Of a DNA stretch of 64,000 nucleotides, positions 8,311 to 18,359 are shown one piece after another. The notes beneath the pieces were generated by a model. The model saw only the letters and a list, made by a program, of their open reading frames with translations. It was not told the origin of the DNA and did no database searches. Position 1 is the first letter of the stretch. Each line of letters starts with the position of its first letter. A program made the translations under genes and the position numbers. This stretch comes from an uncultured Lachnospiraceae bacterium. GTDB lineage: Bacteria > Bacillota > Clostridia > Lachnospirales > Lachnospiraceae. Where the stretch lies: contig CAKRTZ010000001.1 in assembly GCA_934402515.1 (NCBI GenBank), positions 368 through 64,367 on the forward strand. The letters are read 5' to 3'.

Positions 8311-9306
8311 TTATTTATTATGGCAAGCCACAAAATGACCATTTCCGTGGTCTTTAAACTGCGGCATTTCCGCGGCGCACTGTTCGGTGGCATAGCGGCA
8401 ACGGCTGCGGAAAGGACAACCGGTGGGCATATGCAGAGGAGAAGGTACATCTCCCTCCAGAATAATACGCTGACTGTGTCTCGCTGTCTCCGGATCAGGA
8501 ACAGGCACGGCAGACAGTAAGGACTGGGTATAGGGATGGATGGGGTTGTTCATCAGTTCATTTGCATCGGCAAGTTCCATCATATGTCCCAGATACATCA
8601 CCGCAATACGGTCAGAAATATGCTGTACCACCAGTAAGTCATGGGCGATAAACAGATAAGCCATTCCCAGCTTTTCCTGTAAATCCTCAAACATGTTGAC
8701 AACCTGCGCCTGAATGGACACATCCAGTGCAGAAACTGGTTCATCACAGACAATAAATTTGGGATTTACCGCCAGTGCTCTGGCAATACCGATACGCTGA
8801 CGCTGACCGCCGGAAAACTCATGGGCATAACGGGAAGCATGCTCCGCATTTAAGCCTACGGTTTCCATCAGTTCCATAATCATATCATGACGCTCTTTCC
8901 GGTTACTGTACAGCTTGTGTACATCCAGAGGCTCTCCGATAATATCCTCAACCGTCATACGGGGATTTAAAGAAGAATAGGGGTCCTGGAATACCATCTG
9001 CATCTGTTTCCGGTAAGGGTGCATATTTACATCAATTTTCTTTTCGCTGTCGAAAAGCACATCGCCGTCAAAGACAATCCGTCCTGCGGTGGGCTGGTAT
9101 AAACGTAACAGGGTACGTCCTACGGTGGTCTTACCGCAACCGCTCTCTCCTACCAGACCCAGTGTCTCACCGGGTTTGATGGAAAAAGAAATATCATCCA
9201 CTGCCTTTAAGGGGATGGTCTTGAATCCCTGTTTAATAGGAAAGTACTGTTTTAAATGTTCTACCTGTAAGAGGTATTCGCTGTTTTCTTTCTGTTGTGC
9301 TGCCAT
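8311..9306 (-). CDS. Oligopeptide/dipeptide ABC transporter ATP-binding protein (OppF-like)
   Basis: Walker A GESGCGKTT, signature FSGGQRQR, and a C-terminal CPFRSRC motif. Confidence 0.9.
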   Translation of the reverse strand: MAAQQKENSEYLLQVEHLKQYFPIKQGFKTIPLKAVDDISFSIKPGETLGLVGESGCGKTTVGRTLLRLYQPTAGRIVFDGDVLFDSEKKIDVNMHPYRKQMQMVFQDPYSSLNPRMTVEDIIGEPLDVHKLYSNRKERHDMIMELMETVGLNAEHASRYAHEFSGGQRQRIGIARALAVNPKFIVCDEPVSALDVSIQAQVVNMFEDLQEKLGMAYLFIAHDLLVVQHISDRIAVMYLGHMMELADANELMNNPIHPYTQSLLSAVPVPDPETARHSQRIILEGDVPSPLHMPTGCPFRSRCRYATEQCAAEMPQFKDHGNGHFVACHNK

Positions 9307-9309
9307 TGC

Positions 9310-10317
9310 TTATACCTCCTTTGTCTCGTTTGTTTCCTGCATGGCTTGTTTGATATTCATAAAGCAGGATGCCAGGTGGGTGTCACTGATACGGATTTCC
9401 TCCGGCACCTGGGTCAGGCAGATTTTCATCGCCTCGTCACACCGGGGGCAGAATGCGCAGCCCTGGGGCATGTTTAACAGGTTGATGGGAGTACCGCCGA
9501 TGGGCACAAGTCTCTCGCCGTTATTGTCAGAGGTGGGGATGGAACGTAACAATCCCTTGGTATATTCGTGGGCAGGACGATAGAAAATGTCATCTGCCGT
9601 TCCACGCTCACAGACGCGGCCGCCGTACATAACGATAATCTCATCACACATGGAGGCAATGACACCCAGGTCATGGGTTACCATGATGATTGCCATTCCC
9701 ATCTTCTTCTGCAAATCCTGCATCAGTTCCAGAATCTGCGCCTGGATGGTTACATCCAATGCAGTGGTGGGCTCATCGGCAATGAGGATATCCGGCTCAC
9801 AGGCAAGTGCCATGGCAATCATGACACGCTGACGCATACCACCGGACAACTCATGGGGATACTGTTTTACACGTTTCTCCGGCTCGTTGACACCAACCAG
9901 GGTCAGCATCTCGATGGCACGGGCTTTTGCCTCTTTTTTGGTACGGTCGGTATGAAGAAGGATTGCCTCCTCCAACTGATAACCTACGGAAAAGACGGGA
10001 TTTAAGGAGGTCATGGGATCCTGGAAAATAATGGAACAGCATTTTCCACGGAACTCTGCCATTTTCTTTTTATCCCAGCCTACGATGTTTTCTCCTTTAT
10101 ATAACACTTCTCCGGAGCTGATTCGTCCGTTGTCTGCCAGAATCTGCATGATGGAATAGGCAGATACGGATTTACCGGAACCGGATTCTCCTACGATTCC
10201 CAGAGTCTTTCCAGGCTCTAAGTTAAAGTTAATTCCATTTACTGCATGCACTTCACCTTTGTCGGTTTTGAAGGTAGTGTGCAGGTCTTTGACTTCTAAG
10301 ATATATTTGCTATCCAT
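9310..10317 (-). CDS. Oligopeptide/dipeptide ABC transporter ATP-binding protein (OppD-like)
   Basis: Walker A GESGSGKSV, signature LSGGMRQR, and a C-terminal CAFCPRC motif. Confidence 0.9.
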   Translation of the reverse strand: MDSKYILEVKDLHTTFKTDKGEVHAVNGINFNLEPGKTLGIVGESGSGKSVSAYSIMQILADNGRISSGEVLYKGENIVGWDKKKMAEFRGKCCSIIFQDPMTSLNPVFSVGYQLEEAILLHTDRTKKEAKARAIEMLTLVGVNEPEKRVKQYPHELSGGMRQRVMIAMALACEPDILIADEPTTALDVTIQAQILELMQDLQKKMGMAIIMVTHDLGVIASMCDEIIVMYGGRVCERGTADDIFYRPAHEYTKGLLRSIPTSDNNGERLVPIGGTPINLLNMPQGCAFCPRCDEAMKICLTQVPEEIRISDTHLASCFMNIKQAMQETNETKEV

Positions 10318-10329
10318 TTTGCGCTCCTC

Positions 10330-11388
10330 CTATTTACTCAGCTTAGGGTCGAAAGCATCGCGTAAGCCATCACCCAGGAGGTTTAACGCCAGAACAATCA
10401 GACAGATGGTCATTGCCGGGAAAATCAGTCTCTCAGGGTAAGTCTGTAAGCCGGCTCTGGCATCGTTTGCCAGGGAGCCTAATGACGGCATCGGCGCAGA
10501 TACACCAAGACCTACGAAGGAAAGATAACTCTCTGTAAAAATGGCAGAAGGAATCTGCAGTGCCACCGTGATGATGATAACGGATAAGCAGTTAGGCAGA
10601 ATGTGACGCTTAATAATCTGAGAAGTGGGTGTACCAATACATCTGGCCGCCAGCACATACTCATTCTGCTTGATGGTAAGAATCTGACCACGAATCAGCC
10701 GGGCCATACCTACCCAGTATAACAGTCCAAATACGATAAACAGGGAAATCATGTTGACACCCAGTTTGGCAAGAATTGTACCCTGGATCAGAGGAGTCAG
10801 TGTTTCGTTTAATACCACTGCCAACAGGATAATCAACAGCATATCCGGCAGGGAATAAATGATATCCACAATACGCATCATTACCAGATCCACTTTTCCG
10901 CCGAGGTAACCGGAAATGGAACCGTAAACAGTACCGATAATCAAAACCAGCAGGGATGCGAACACGCCGACACCAAGAGATACCCGCGCACCGTAAACCA
11001 CACGGATGAAATAGTCCCGTCCCAGGGAATCGGTTCCGAAAATGTGAGGGAACACGCTCTCCCCTGCTTTAATCTTTGCCTGCTCCGCAGTACTGTAGGC
11101 AAAGGGTTTTAAGTTAGCAGAACCCTTTACGATGTCTGCATAGCCATAAGGTACCACATGGGGTGCAATGAAAATTACCAGTAATAATAAAATCAGAACA
11201 ACAATGGAACCCATGGCAAGAGGATTCTTGCGGAGTCTGCGCATACCATCTTTAAAGAAGGTGGTGGACTCACCCATGACATCCTGCTGTCTCTTTTCGT
11301 CTTCAGTTGCCTTTTCAAAATCAGTCATCTTGAACTTGCTCAAGTCAATCTGAGTGGAAAAAGGTGCACGTTTCATATCTTTATTCAT
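10330..11388 (-). CDS. Peptide ABC transporter permease (OppC-like)
   Basis: 352 aa multi-pass membrane protein with the N-terminal extension typical of OppC. Position in the operon supports the call. Confidence 0.9.
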   Translation of the reverse strand: MNKDMKRAPFSTQIDLSKFKMTDFEKATEDEKRQQDVMGESTTFFKDGMRRLRKNPLAMGSIVVLILLLLVIFIAPHVVPYGYADIVKGSANLKPFAYSTAEQAKIKAGESVFPHIFGTDSLGRDYFIRVVYGARVSLGVGVFASLLVLIIGTVYGSISGYLGGKVDLVMMRIVDIIYSLPDMLLIILLAVVLNETLTPLIQGTILAKLGVNMISLFIVFGLLYWVGMARLIRGQILTIKQNEYVLAARCIGTPTSQIIKRHILPNCLSVIIITVALQIPSAIFTESYLSFVGLGVSAPMPSLGSLANDARAGLQTYPERLIFPAMTICLIVLALNLLGDGLRDAFDPKLSK

Positions 11389-11404
11389 CTTTTTCTCCTC
11401 CTTC

Positions 11405-12316
11405 TTAGTCTAACTTGATTCTGGGGTCAACCAGTTTGTATACAATATCGGTAATTAAGTTTGCTACTACCATGAGGCAAGCCAGGAAAATGGTGGTTGC
11501 CATAATCAGGGTATAATCACGGTTGGTAATGGCACTTACGAATTTGGAGCCAAGACCTCCGATGTTAAAAATCGTTTCCACAACCATGGAACCGGTAACA
11601 ATTCCGGCAATCATGGGGCCCACATAGGTAATGACAGGAATCAGTGCATTACGCAGCCCATGAATGAAAATTACCTTCATCTGGCTGACACCTTTTGCAC
11701 GGGCAGTACGGATGTAGTCCTGTCCCAGTGCATCCAGCATGGAGGTCTTGGTCAGACGGGTAATATATGCCATGGGGGATAAGGAAAGAGCCAGTACCGG
11801 AAGTACGGTCTGGTTGTTTCCGGCGCTGAACGCCTGCACCCATCCCAGTTTCATACTGAAGAAATATAACAGTAAAGTTGCAACCACAAAGGACGGCATT
11901 GCCGTAATTAAGGTAATAAAGAACACAATCACTCTGTCCGGCCATTTGTTACGCATCAGTGCTGCAGTGGAGCCAAGGACAATTCCCAGTACGATTGCCA
12001 GTCCTCCAGCCATCAGGCCAAGTTTCGCGGAAATGGGAAAGCTCTCGCCGATGATTGCCTTAATATCACGACCGTTTTTCAGGCTGACACCAAGGTCGCC
12101 GGAAAGCAGTCTCTTCATATATATAATGTATTGCTGTGCAACGGGTTTATCCAGATTATAACGTGCCTCCATCGCTGCGATAACCGCAGGGGAAGACGCC
12201 TTCTCCTTATTGAACGGTCCTCCTGGAATCGCATTCATTGCAAAGAATGTGATTACGCTGATGATGAAGACCGTAAGAATTGCCATTAAAATTCGTTTAC
12301 CTACGTACTTGCCCAA
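11405..12316 (-). CDS. Peptide ABC transporter permease (OppB-like)
   Basis: 303 aa. N-terminus is MGKYVGKRILMAILTVFIISVITFF, and an EAA-type loop is present (YIRTARAKG). Confidence 0.9.
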   Translation of the reverse strand: MGKYVGKRILMAILTVFIISVITFFAMNAIPGGPFNKEKASSPAVIAAMEARYNLDKPVAQQYIIYMKRLLSGDLGVSLKNGRDIKAIIGESFPISAKLGLMAGGLAIVLGIVLGSTAALMRNKWPDRVIVFFITLITAMPSFVVATLLLYFFSMKLGWVQAFSAGNNQTVLPVLALSLSPMAYITRLTKTSMLDALGQDYIRTARAKGVSQMKVIFIHGLRNALIPVITYVGPMIAGIVTGSMVVETIFNIGGLGSKFVSAITNRDYTLIMATTIFLACLMVVANLITDIVYKLVDPRIKLD

Positions 12317-12580
12317 TCTTCTTCTCTCGCTTTCATTAAAATTTAACGTGTAAAGTATACTTCATGATGAGAAAGTTTGTCAATCGACAAACCATGAGGA
12401 TTGTATACAACAATACAGGAATTCTCCCTTGCGTTTGAATATTTATACTTCAATCTCTGTATATCCCCGATCATCTTTGAATAATCCTTGGAAACTTTGT
12501 GAAAAAATGCACAAAAAAAAGAATTTCGAAAAATTTTATAAACTTACTGCCAGCTGTGCCTCCACGCGGAGCGTTTTAAG

Positions 12581-12605
12581 TGCATAGGAAGATATTTCCT
12601 ATGCA
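12581..12605 (-). terminator. Possible terminator hairpin after eno
   Basis: TGCATAGGAA gata TTTCCTATGCA is a 10-bp stem. The downstream T-tract on the minus strand is poor. Confidence 0.35.
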
Positions 12606-12673
12606 TTTAAAAAGCCCCGGCAGGAGACTCCTCTCCCATCAGAGCTTTCATGTTTTTGAAAAAAGCTAAAGTT

Positions 12674-13993
12674 TTATATTTTGTTCCGGGGCGGTTTATA
12701 GCAGGCACAATCCCCAAGTTCTTCTTCAATACGCAGAAGCTGATTATATTTTGCAACCCGGTCACTGCGGCAGGGTGCTCCGGTTTTGATCTGCCCGGCA
12801 TTCACAGCCACTGCCAGATCTGCTAAAAACGTGTCTTCCGTCTCCCCGCTTCTATGGCTGATCACAGCCTGATAACCGTTTTTCTGCGCCATCTCAATGG
12901 CATCCAACGCTTCGGAAACCGTACCGATCTGATTGACTTTTACCAAAATGGCATTGGCTACCTGTAATTTAATACCTGCATCCAACCGTTTGGTGTTGGT
13001 TACAAACAGATCATCTCCCACCAGCTGTATTTTATCCCCCAGTCTCTGGGTGAGGAGTTTCCAGCCCTCCCAGTCATCCTCTGCCAGACCATCCTCGATG
13101 GAATAAATAGGATATTTCTCAATAAGATTCTCATAATAAGTGATCATCTCCGCTGTATCTCTTACAATTTCATGTCCCGCAAGTTTACTTTCTCCGGGGA
13201 AATGGTACATACCGTCCCGTTCCTCGTATAGTTCTGAACTGGCCACATCCAGGGCGATGCGGATATCACTTCCCGGCTCATAGCCTGCCGCCTTCACCGC
13301 TTTTCCGATCAGATCCAGCACTGCAAAAGCATCCGGCAGATCAGGGGCAAAGCCTCCCTCGTCTCCTACCCCGGTTGACAGCCCCTCCTGCTGACAGATC
13401 TTTTTCAGATTATGATAAATTTCTGCGCAGATTTGAAGTGCCTCCTTAAACGTATCCGCCTTTACCGGCATAATCATAAATTCCTGAAAATCCACGGTGT
13501 TTGTGGCATGTTTTCCGCCATTCAGGATGTTCATCATAGGAACCGGCATCAGTCGGGTAAAAGTTCCTCCCAGATATTGATACAGAGGAATCCTAAGTGA
13601 CTGCGCCGCTGCACGTGCCACTGCCATGGATACTGCCAATGTGGCATTGGCCCCCAGATTTTCTTTGTTTTCCGTGCCATCTGTCTGAATCAAAAGACGA
13701 TCAATCTCAATCTGATTCAACGCGTTTTGTCCTAAGACGGCCTCATTTATCTTGGTATTAATATTATGAACCGCTTTCGTTACCCCCAGTCCCATATACC
13801 GGGTCTCTCCATCCCGCAGTTCTACTGCTTCGAATCTTCCGGTGGATGCGCCTGAGGGAACTGCTGCTCTTGCATGGCTATAGCTTCCGGTGAGAGTATC
13901 TTTCACCGTAACACAGGCTTCCACGGTGGGATTTCCCCGGGAATCCAGAATTTCCCTGCCTTTTACCGATGTAATCTCCAGATATGTCTTCAT
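12674..13993 (-). CDS. eno: Enolase (phosphopyruvate hydratase)
   Basis: Motifs [36 protein letters not shown] and [27 protein letters not shown]. Confidence 0.9.
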   Translation of the reverse strand: MKTYLEITSVKGREILDSRGNPTVEACVTVKDTLTGSYSHARAAVPSGASTGRFEAVELRDGETRYMGLGVTKAVHNINTKINEAVLGQNALNQIEIDRLLIQTDGTENKENLGANATLAVSMAVARAAAQSLRIPLYQYLGGTFTRLMPVPMMNILNGGKHATNTVDFQEFMIMPVKADTFKEALQICAEIYHNLKKICQQEGLSTGVGDEGGFAPDLPDAFAVLDLIGKAVKAAGYEPGSDIRIALDVASSELYEERDGMYHFPGESKLAGHEIVRDTAEMITYYENLIEKYPIYSIEDGLAEDDWEGWKLLTQRLGDKIQLVGDDLFVTNTKRLDAGIKLQVANAILVKVNQIGTVSEALDAIEMAQKNGYQAVISHRSGETEDTFLADLAVAVNAGQIKTGAPCRSDRVAKYNQLLRIEEELGDCACYKPPRNKI

Positions 13994-14144
13994 AAAAAAG
14001 GACCTCCTATTCCGATTTTGGGCTGCCGCTATGCATCCCTCTCCTTCCTAGGCTGTCCCTCTCATGCCGGTATTATGCAGTCTTTTTCTATTGAAAACAA
14101 AGAATCGCATCCTTACAAAACTTTATCAGCATAGAAAAAATTCC

Positions 14145-14936
14145 CTATGCTGGTAAAAAGGTTGTCCCTATCTCATTTCCCTCTAAGATATCATAAATGA
14201 GTTCTGGTCTGCGTCCAAAAGAAATATGCATTGTAATTCCATTCTCAGTGGCTTTCTTTGCCGCCTGCAGCTTGGTGTCCATGCCGCCTGTCCCCCGGTT
14301 ACTGCCCGCTCCCTGTGCCAGTGCCAGAATATTTTCATCTATCTTTTCCACCTTATGGATCAGCTTTGCCTCCGGGTTCGTACGGGGATTACTGTCATAA
14401 AGCCCTTCAATATCAGAAAGAATCAGAAGTTCGTCCGCTTCCACCAGCACAGAAACAATGGCAGAAAGCATATCGTTATCACCAAAAACCTTTTTCTCTG
14501 ACTCGATCTCCGCATAGGTGACAGAGTCATTCTCATTAACAATGGGAATAATGCCCTTCTCTAAAAGTGCATGGAAAGTGTTGGACAGATTCTGGCGTTT
14601 CTCAGGCAAATCCACATCGGCACCGTTTAAAAGAATCTGCGCTACCATACAGCCATACTCGCTGAAACATTTGTCGTAAATATGCATTAGTTCGCACTGT
14701 CCCACTGCTGCTGCCGCCTGTTTCATCCGCAGTTCCCCGGGCTTTTCCGGCAGATGCATTTTATTCACGCCCACTGCAATTGCCCCTGAACTTACGAGAA
14801 TCACTTCGTTTCCTTCATTATGAATGGCACAGAGCACTTGTGCCAGTTTATCAATCGTGCGTAAATCCAGCGCACCGTTTTCCATGGTCAGTGTGGAAGT
14901 TCCCACCTTCACAACAACCCTTCTCTTTGTACTCAT
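14145..14936 (-). CDS. proB: Glutamate 5-kinase (short form without PUA domain)
   Basis: Motifs VVVKVGTSTLT, VSSGAIAVG and FGDNDMLSA. Length is 263 aa. Confidence 0.9.
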   Translation of the reverse strand: MSTKRRVVVKVGTSTLTMENGALDLRTIDKLAQVLCAIHNEGNEVILVSSGAIAVGVNKMHLPEKPGELRMKQAAAAVGQCELMHIYDKCFSEYGCMVAQILLNGADVDLPEKRQNLSNTFHALLEKGIIPIVNENDSVTYAEIESEKKVFGDNDMLSAIVSVLVEADELLILSDIEGLYDSNPRTNPEAKLIHKVEKIDENILALAQGAGSNRGTGGMDTKLQAAKKATENGITMHISFGRRPELIYDILEGNEIGTTFLPA

Positions 14937-15190
14937 GATTTTCCCCCCCTAATCGTTGGTTTTCTTTGGAATTATAGCACCTTCCCAAATCCCCTGCAAG
15001 CCTTGTGCCTCTCCGATTTTGATGGTGTTTCATTCACATATTTCATTCCGTTCTTTCTTTCAGCTCTTTATAATACCTATAAAGTATTGTAAATATGATT
15101 TTATATATATTTTACAATATACAACATCCATGATATAGTAAAGTCAGAACGATGAGAAGCACGAATGCCCTCCATCAAACATGTGAGAGA

Positions 15191-15222
15191 AAAGAGCGTT
15201 GACCTTAACAGTCAGCGCTCTT
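15191..15222 (-). terminator. Terminator after nudC (hairpin with U/A tracts on both sides)
   Basis: AGAGCGTTGAC cttaaca GTCAGCGCTCT. It is flanked by AAAA on one side and TTTTT on the other. Confidence 0.6.
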
Positions 15223-15274
15223 TTTCGCTCCGCGGGAATACGCAGCTCGCAGAAAAGTAAATTACATACGGCGT

Positions 15275-16144
15275 CTACACTTCTCCGTGTTTGAAACGTT
15301 CGATCATTTCCCATGTGAGGGATTCCTGGTTTGTATCTTCCTCGATTTCCTCCCGGGCCATCCATTGTCCCACAGACAGTTCTCCGTCCTCCAGTTTAAT
15401 TTCATCACTGCCATCCAGTTCTGCATAAAACCCGAATAGTAAAGTGGAAGTTAAAGACCAGGGCTGGCTCTTGTAGAACTTTAAGTTCTTGACCCGGATG
15501 CCCACTTCCTCTAATACCTCCCGATGTACCGTTTCCTCAATGGTTTCTCCCGTCTCCGCAAAGCCTGCAATGAGGGCATAGCGGGTGTAGGCTCTCCCCG
15601 CGTATTTGGTCATCAACAGTTTATTCCCGTTGGTCACCGCAACAATCACTGCCGGAGAAATCTTGGGAAACTGCTGTAAACCACAGTCCGGACAAAACAA
15701 CATCCGTTCCGTCTCAGAGTGTTTCAGTGGCTTGCCACACCGGGAGCAGATTCTGGTGTCCCGATACCAGCCTGCCATCTGATAGCCGGTAATGATGGCA
15801 AATGCAGTGACCCTGGGCTGCAGGGTACGGAAAATATTCACGGGTTTCCACTGGGCGTGGAGTCTTTGCGCCAGCCCGTCCTCTCCTTCCCCGGAATCTC
15901 CGAAGCCTTTCCCAAGGAAGAATCGGAACATTTTCCCGGAAGGGGACTCGATGGCAAAGAGATACTGAAAGCCCATCCCCGGCAGTTCTCCACAGAAAGA
16001 CAGTGGTGCTAACGGGTTCGTCTCTCCCTCCGTCTCCCGCAGTAACACCTGGTTTCCCTGATAAAGCAGAGCTACATCCCCGCCCTGTGGTTCTCTGTTT
16101 TCATATTCCAACCGATAACGGTAGGGTTTAATATCCTGAATCAT
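15275..16144 (-). CDS. nudC: NAD+ diphosphatase (NADH pyrophosphatase), Nudix family
   Basis: Zinc ribbon CSRCGKPL...CPDCG followed by the Nudix box GFAETGETIEETVHREVLEEVGI. Confidence 0.85.
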   Translation of the reverse strand: MIQDIKPYRYRLEYENREPQGGDVALLYQGNQVLLRETEGETNPLAPLSFCGELPGMGFQYLFAIESPSGKMFRFFLGKGFGDSGEGEDGLAQRLHAQWKPVNIFRTLQPRVTAFAIITGYQMAGWYRDTRICSRCGKPLKHSETERMLFCPDCGLQQFPKISPAVIVAVTNGNKLLMTKYAGRAYTRYALIAGFAETGETIEETVHREVLEEVGIRVKNLKFYKSQPWSLTSTLLFGFYAELDGSDEIKLEDGELSVGQWMAREEIEEDTNQESLTWEMIERFKHGEV

Positions 16145-16153
16145 AACAAAAAT

Positions 16154-16191
16154 AACCTCCAGCTTTTTCTATTCTATAAAAGCCGGAGGTT
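16154..16191 (-). terminator. Intrinsic terminator after the large permease gene; its 3' arm carries the nudC Shine-Dalgarno
   Basis: On the minus strand, AACCTCCGGC ...loop... GCTGGAGGTT is followed by ATTTTTGTT and then the nudC ATG. Confidence 0.6.
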
Positions 16192-16202
16192 GTTTTCAAG
16201 TC

Positions 16203-18359
16203 TTATTGTGCCTGTGTAATGTCACGAATAACCATTCCGGGCACTTCTCCTTTGAGGAATACCCCGTTGGTATAAGTTCTGCCCTGAGCGGCATCCTTTA
16301 CATAGTAAATGTCTGCACTGTACACACTGTAGGCTGCATCCACCATCCAGTCTGCCAGGGAGGAGGGGTATACCTGTGGCAGAATCTGTTTGATGTACTC
16401 CGGCTGGGTGTAAGTGACATCTCTCCACTCCCAATTATAGTCCCAGTCCGGACTGCCTTCCTCCAATTCATCCAGATTGATGGTAGGTCCGTAAACGGTG
16501 ATTTCCTCTACCTGGTCTGCCGGGATATTCTCCTGCACCGTCATGCCATGCTGTTCCAACAAAGCAATGGTTTCCGTAAAGGATTCATAGACCGGATAAT
16601 ACCAGTTGAAAGAACTCGTCTGGTTCTCCGATCTCTGGATTTCCAGTTGGAAATTGATTCGTCCCACAGGAACTTCCTTTAACATGGTGTCAAAGGAACG
16701 AGCGTTAAATTCTTTTCGGTAAGTATCGTAAATCTCCTGAATATCCACTCTGGTACCATCATAGCTGCGGCTGGCATTCTCATAAGACCAGGTCATGTTT
16801 CCCACCAGATTTTCAAATTCCTTGGTATTTAACTGATAGGCACTTGCCTGGTAGCCCTCATCCTGTAAAACTGCCGCCAGCAAATCTCTGTCCTCATCCA
16901 GATTCAATACCATACTGCGGTACACATCCTTGCCGTTTTTCATGTGATAATGGACGGTTCCATAGGTCAGCCGGCTGCCATCGCTGTTCTCCTGCTTCTT
17001 CATGCCCTGCTCTGCAAGCTGGCAAATCAGACTGGTATCCGTGCATTTCATCCGTTCTAGCACCCATTCCATATCCGAAGTGTAGCTGAAATTGATTTCC
17101 GGGCTTTCCTCCAGATTGACAAAATCGCCGTGCTGCATCTGTTCTAAGTAAACGCCGGCATATTCTACCTTGTCGGGATTGGGCACATAGCGGTCATAGC
17201 CCAACGGGTCTAAAGCAAAGAACATGAGAATCACCGCAGACAACAGGGTTGCCACGCCCAGGGAAGGGAGATGACGCAGAGGTGCCTTTAAGTCAAACTC
17301 GTAAATCATTTCAATGATGCAGTGTCCTAAGAGAAGTCCTACCACCAGACCAAAGATTTCAAACGCCATGGGACTGTAGGACAGACTGCGGAATACCAGT
17401 CCGAAAGTAAGGGAAACAGGCACCAGCATAATGACTTTCAAGGGCTGTTTGATACCGGAAAATGCCATGGCTTTTCCCGCTGCCTCAGAGCCACGTTTCC
17501 GGTACAGCACATAGCCGACTGCCATGAAAATCACAATCAGAACCAGGGTTTTGGGAAGGGCTGACCAGCTGGCATTCTCTGCAATGGTCTTGTACATGCC
17601 CTCGTCCAGCACCGCTCTTCCGTCTGCCCAGCTTACTTCGGATACAAACCATACCCAGATGGCGATGGGTGATGTCCACAGCTTTTCTAAGGACAGGGAA
17701 TTATCCGACAGATAGGAATAATGGTTAAAAAAGCTGGAAAGATGCTCCTGCACCAAAAGCCGCATCAGCAGTTCATATCCCGCCAGCACTGCGGTTCCCA
17801 AAAGGGTTACTACCGTATTTCCGGTAAGCATCGCCGCCACCAGGGTCACTGCAAAGCCTGCCAGAAAGCCCACCAGATTAAATGCCACATCCAGCATTGC
17901 CCAGGCAAAAAAAGTTCCGCTCATGCAATGAAACAGAGCTGCAATTCCCAGTGCCAAAAGAACACAAAGCAGGTGAATCACAGCATACATGAGAAAACTG
18001 TTTGTGACAATCACCCAGAATCTCCGGCTTTTGCTCACCGGGACGCTGTGATACAAATCTACTTTTTTCCGGTTATTCAGATAGGAAAAGCCCTGGAGTG
18101 CCGCCAGCACACCAAAGATGACTGCCAGTACCACCGGCAGGGAGGAAACACCCAGCAGGCCGTTTAAACAGGTAAAGATTCTGGTTTCACTCACTGTTCC
18201 GGAGGACATCCGTATGTCATTGATTCTGTTGTTGGACAGCACCATGGCAACCGCCACCGGATACTGGAAAATCTGGATGAGAAGCAGAAGTAAGGGATAC
18301 CACATCCTGCGTTTCATATTCTCTCTCATGCTAATTAAGAATGAGTTTCTTGATGTCAT
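16203..18359 (-). CDS. Large polytopic membrane protein, the presumed permease partner of the adjacent ABC ATPase, with a soluble C-terminal domain
   Basis: 718 aa. The N-terminal part (about 400 aa) has many hydrophobic helices; the C-terminal part (about 300 aa) is hydrophilic. A GGAGGT Shine-Dalgarno lies 7 nt before the ATG at 18359. The gene overlaps the ATPase gene by 29 nt. Confidence 0.6.
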   Translation of the reverse strand: MTSRNSFLISMRENMKRRMWYPLLLLLIQIFQYPVAVAMVLSNNRINDIRMSSGTVSETRIFTCLNGLLGVSSLPVVLAVIFGVLAALQGFSYLNNRKKVDLYHSVPVSKSRRFWVIVTNSFLMYAVIHLLCVLLALGIAALFHCMSGTFFAWAMLDVAFNLVGFLAGFAVTLVAAMLTGNTVVTLLGTAVLAGYELLMRLLVQEHLSSFFNHYSYLSDNSLSLEKLWTSPIAIWVWFVSEVSWADGRAVLDEGMYKTIAENASWSALPKTLVLIVIFMAVGYVLYRKRGSEAAGKAMAFSGIKQPLKVIMLVPVSLTFGLVFRSLSYSPMAFEIFGLVVGLLLGHCIIEMIYEFDLKAPLRHLPSLGVATLLSAVILMFFALDPLGYDRYVPNPDKVEYAGVYLEQMQHGDFVNLEESPEINFSYTSDMEWVLERMKCTDTSLICQLAEQGMKKQENSDGSRLTYGTVHYHMKNGKDVYRSMVLNLDEDRDLLAAVLQDEGYQASAYQLNTKEFENLVGNMTWSYENASRSYDGTRVDIQEIYDTYRKEFNARSFDTMLKEVPVGRINFQLEIQRSENQTSSFNWYYPVYESFTETIALLEQHGMTVQENIPADQVEEITVYGPTINLDELEEGSPDWDYNWEWRDVTYTQPEYIKQILPQVYPSSLADWMVDAAYSVYSADIYYVKDAAQGRTYTNGVFLKGEVPGMVIRDITQAQ

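Noticed and set aside
12521-12537. GAATTTCGAAAAATTTT upstream of the peptide ABC operon as a CodY box
   Set aside because: Best alignment to AATTTTCWGAAAATT still has about 4 mismatches in very AT-rich DNA. That is not distinguishable from chance without a genome-wide model.
12674-13993. Enolase as a divergent or moonlighting paralogue (APCRSDR instead of the more common S-x-SR-S/T-ER)
   Set aside because: All catalytic and metal-binding motifs look intact, and the variant residues occur in bona fide enolases. Nothing in the sequence indicates a non-glycolytic role.
13994-14144. Possible riboswitch in the eno leader of about 150 nt
   Set aside because: I could not match it to any riboswitch class I know. 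Only short, unconvincing pairings are present.
14937-15190. Possible proline T-box or other riboswitch in the proB leader
   Set aside because: There is no GGTGGTACC-like T-box sequence, no specifier-loop architecture and no terminator/antiterminator pair. The leader is too short.
15144-15365. 73-aa minus-strand ORF
   Set aside because: It overlaps the nudC 3' end out of frame and runs through the nudC terminator hairpin.
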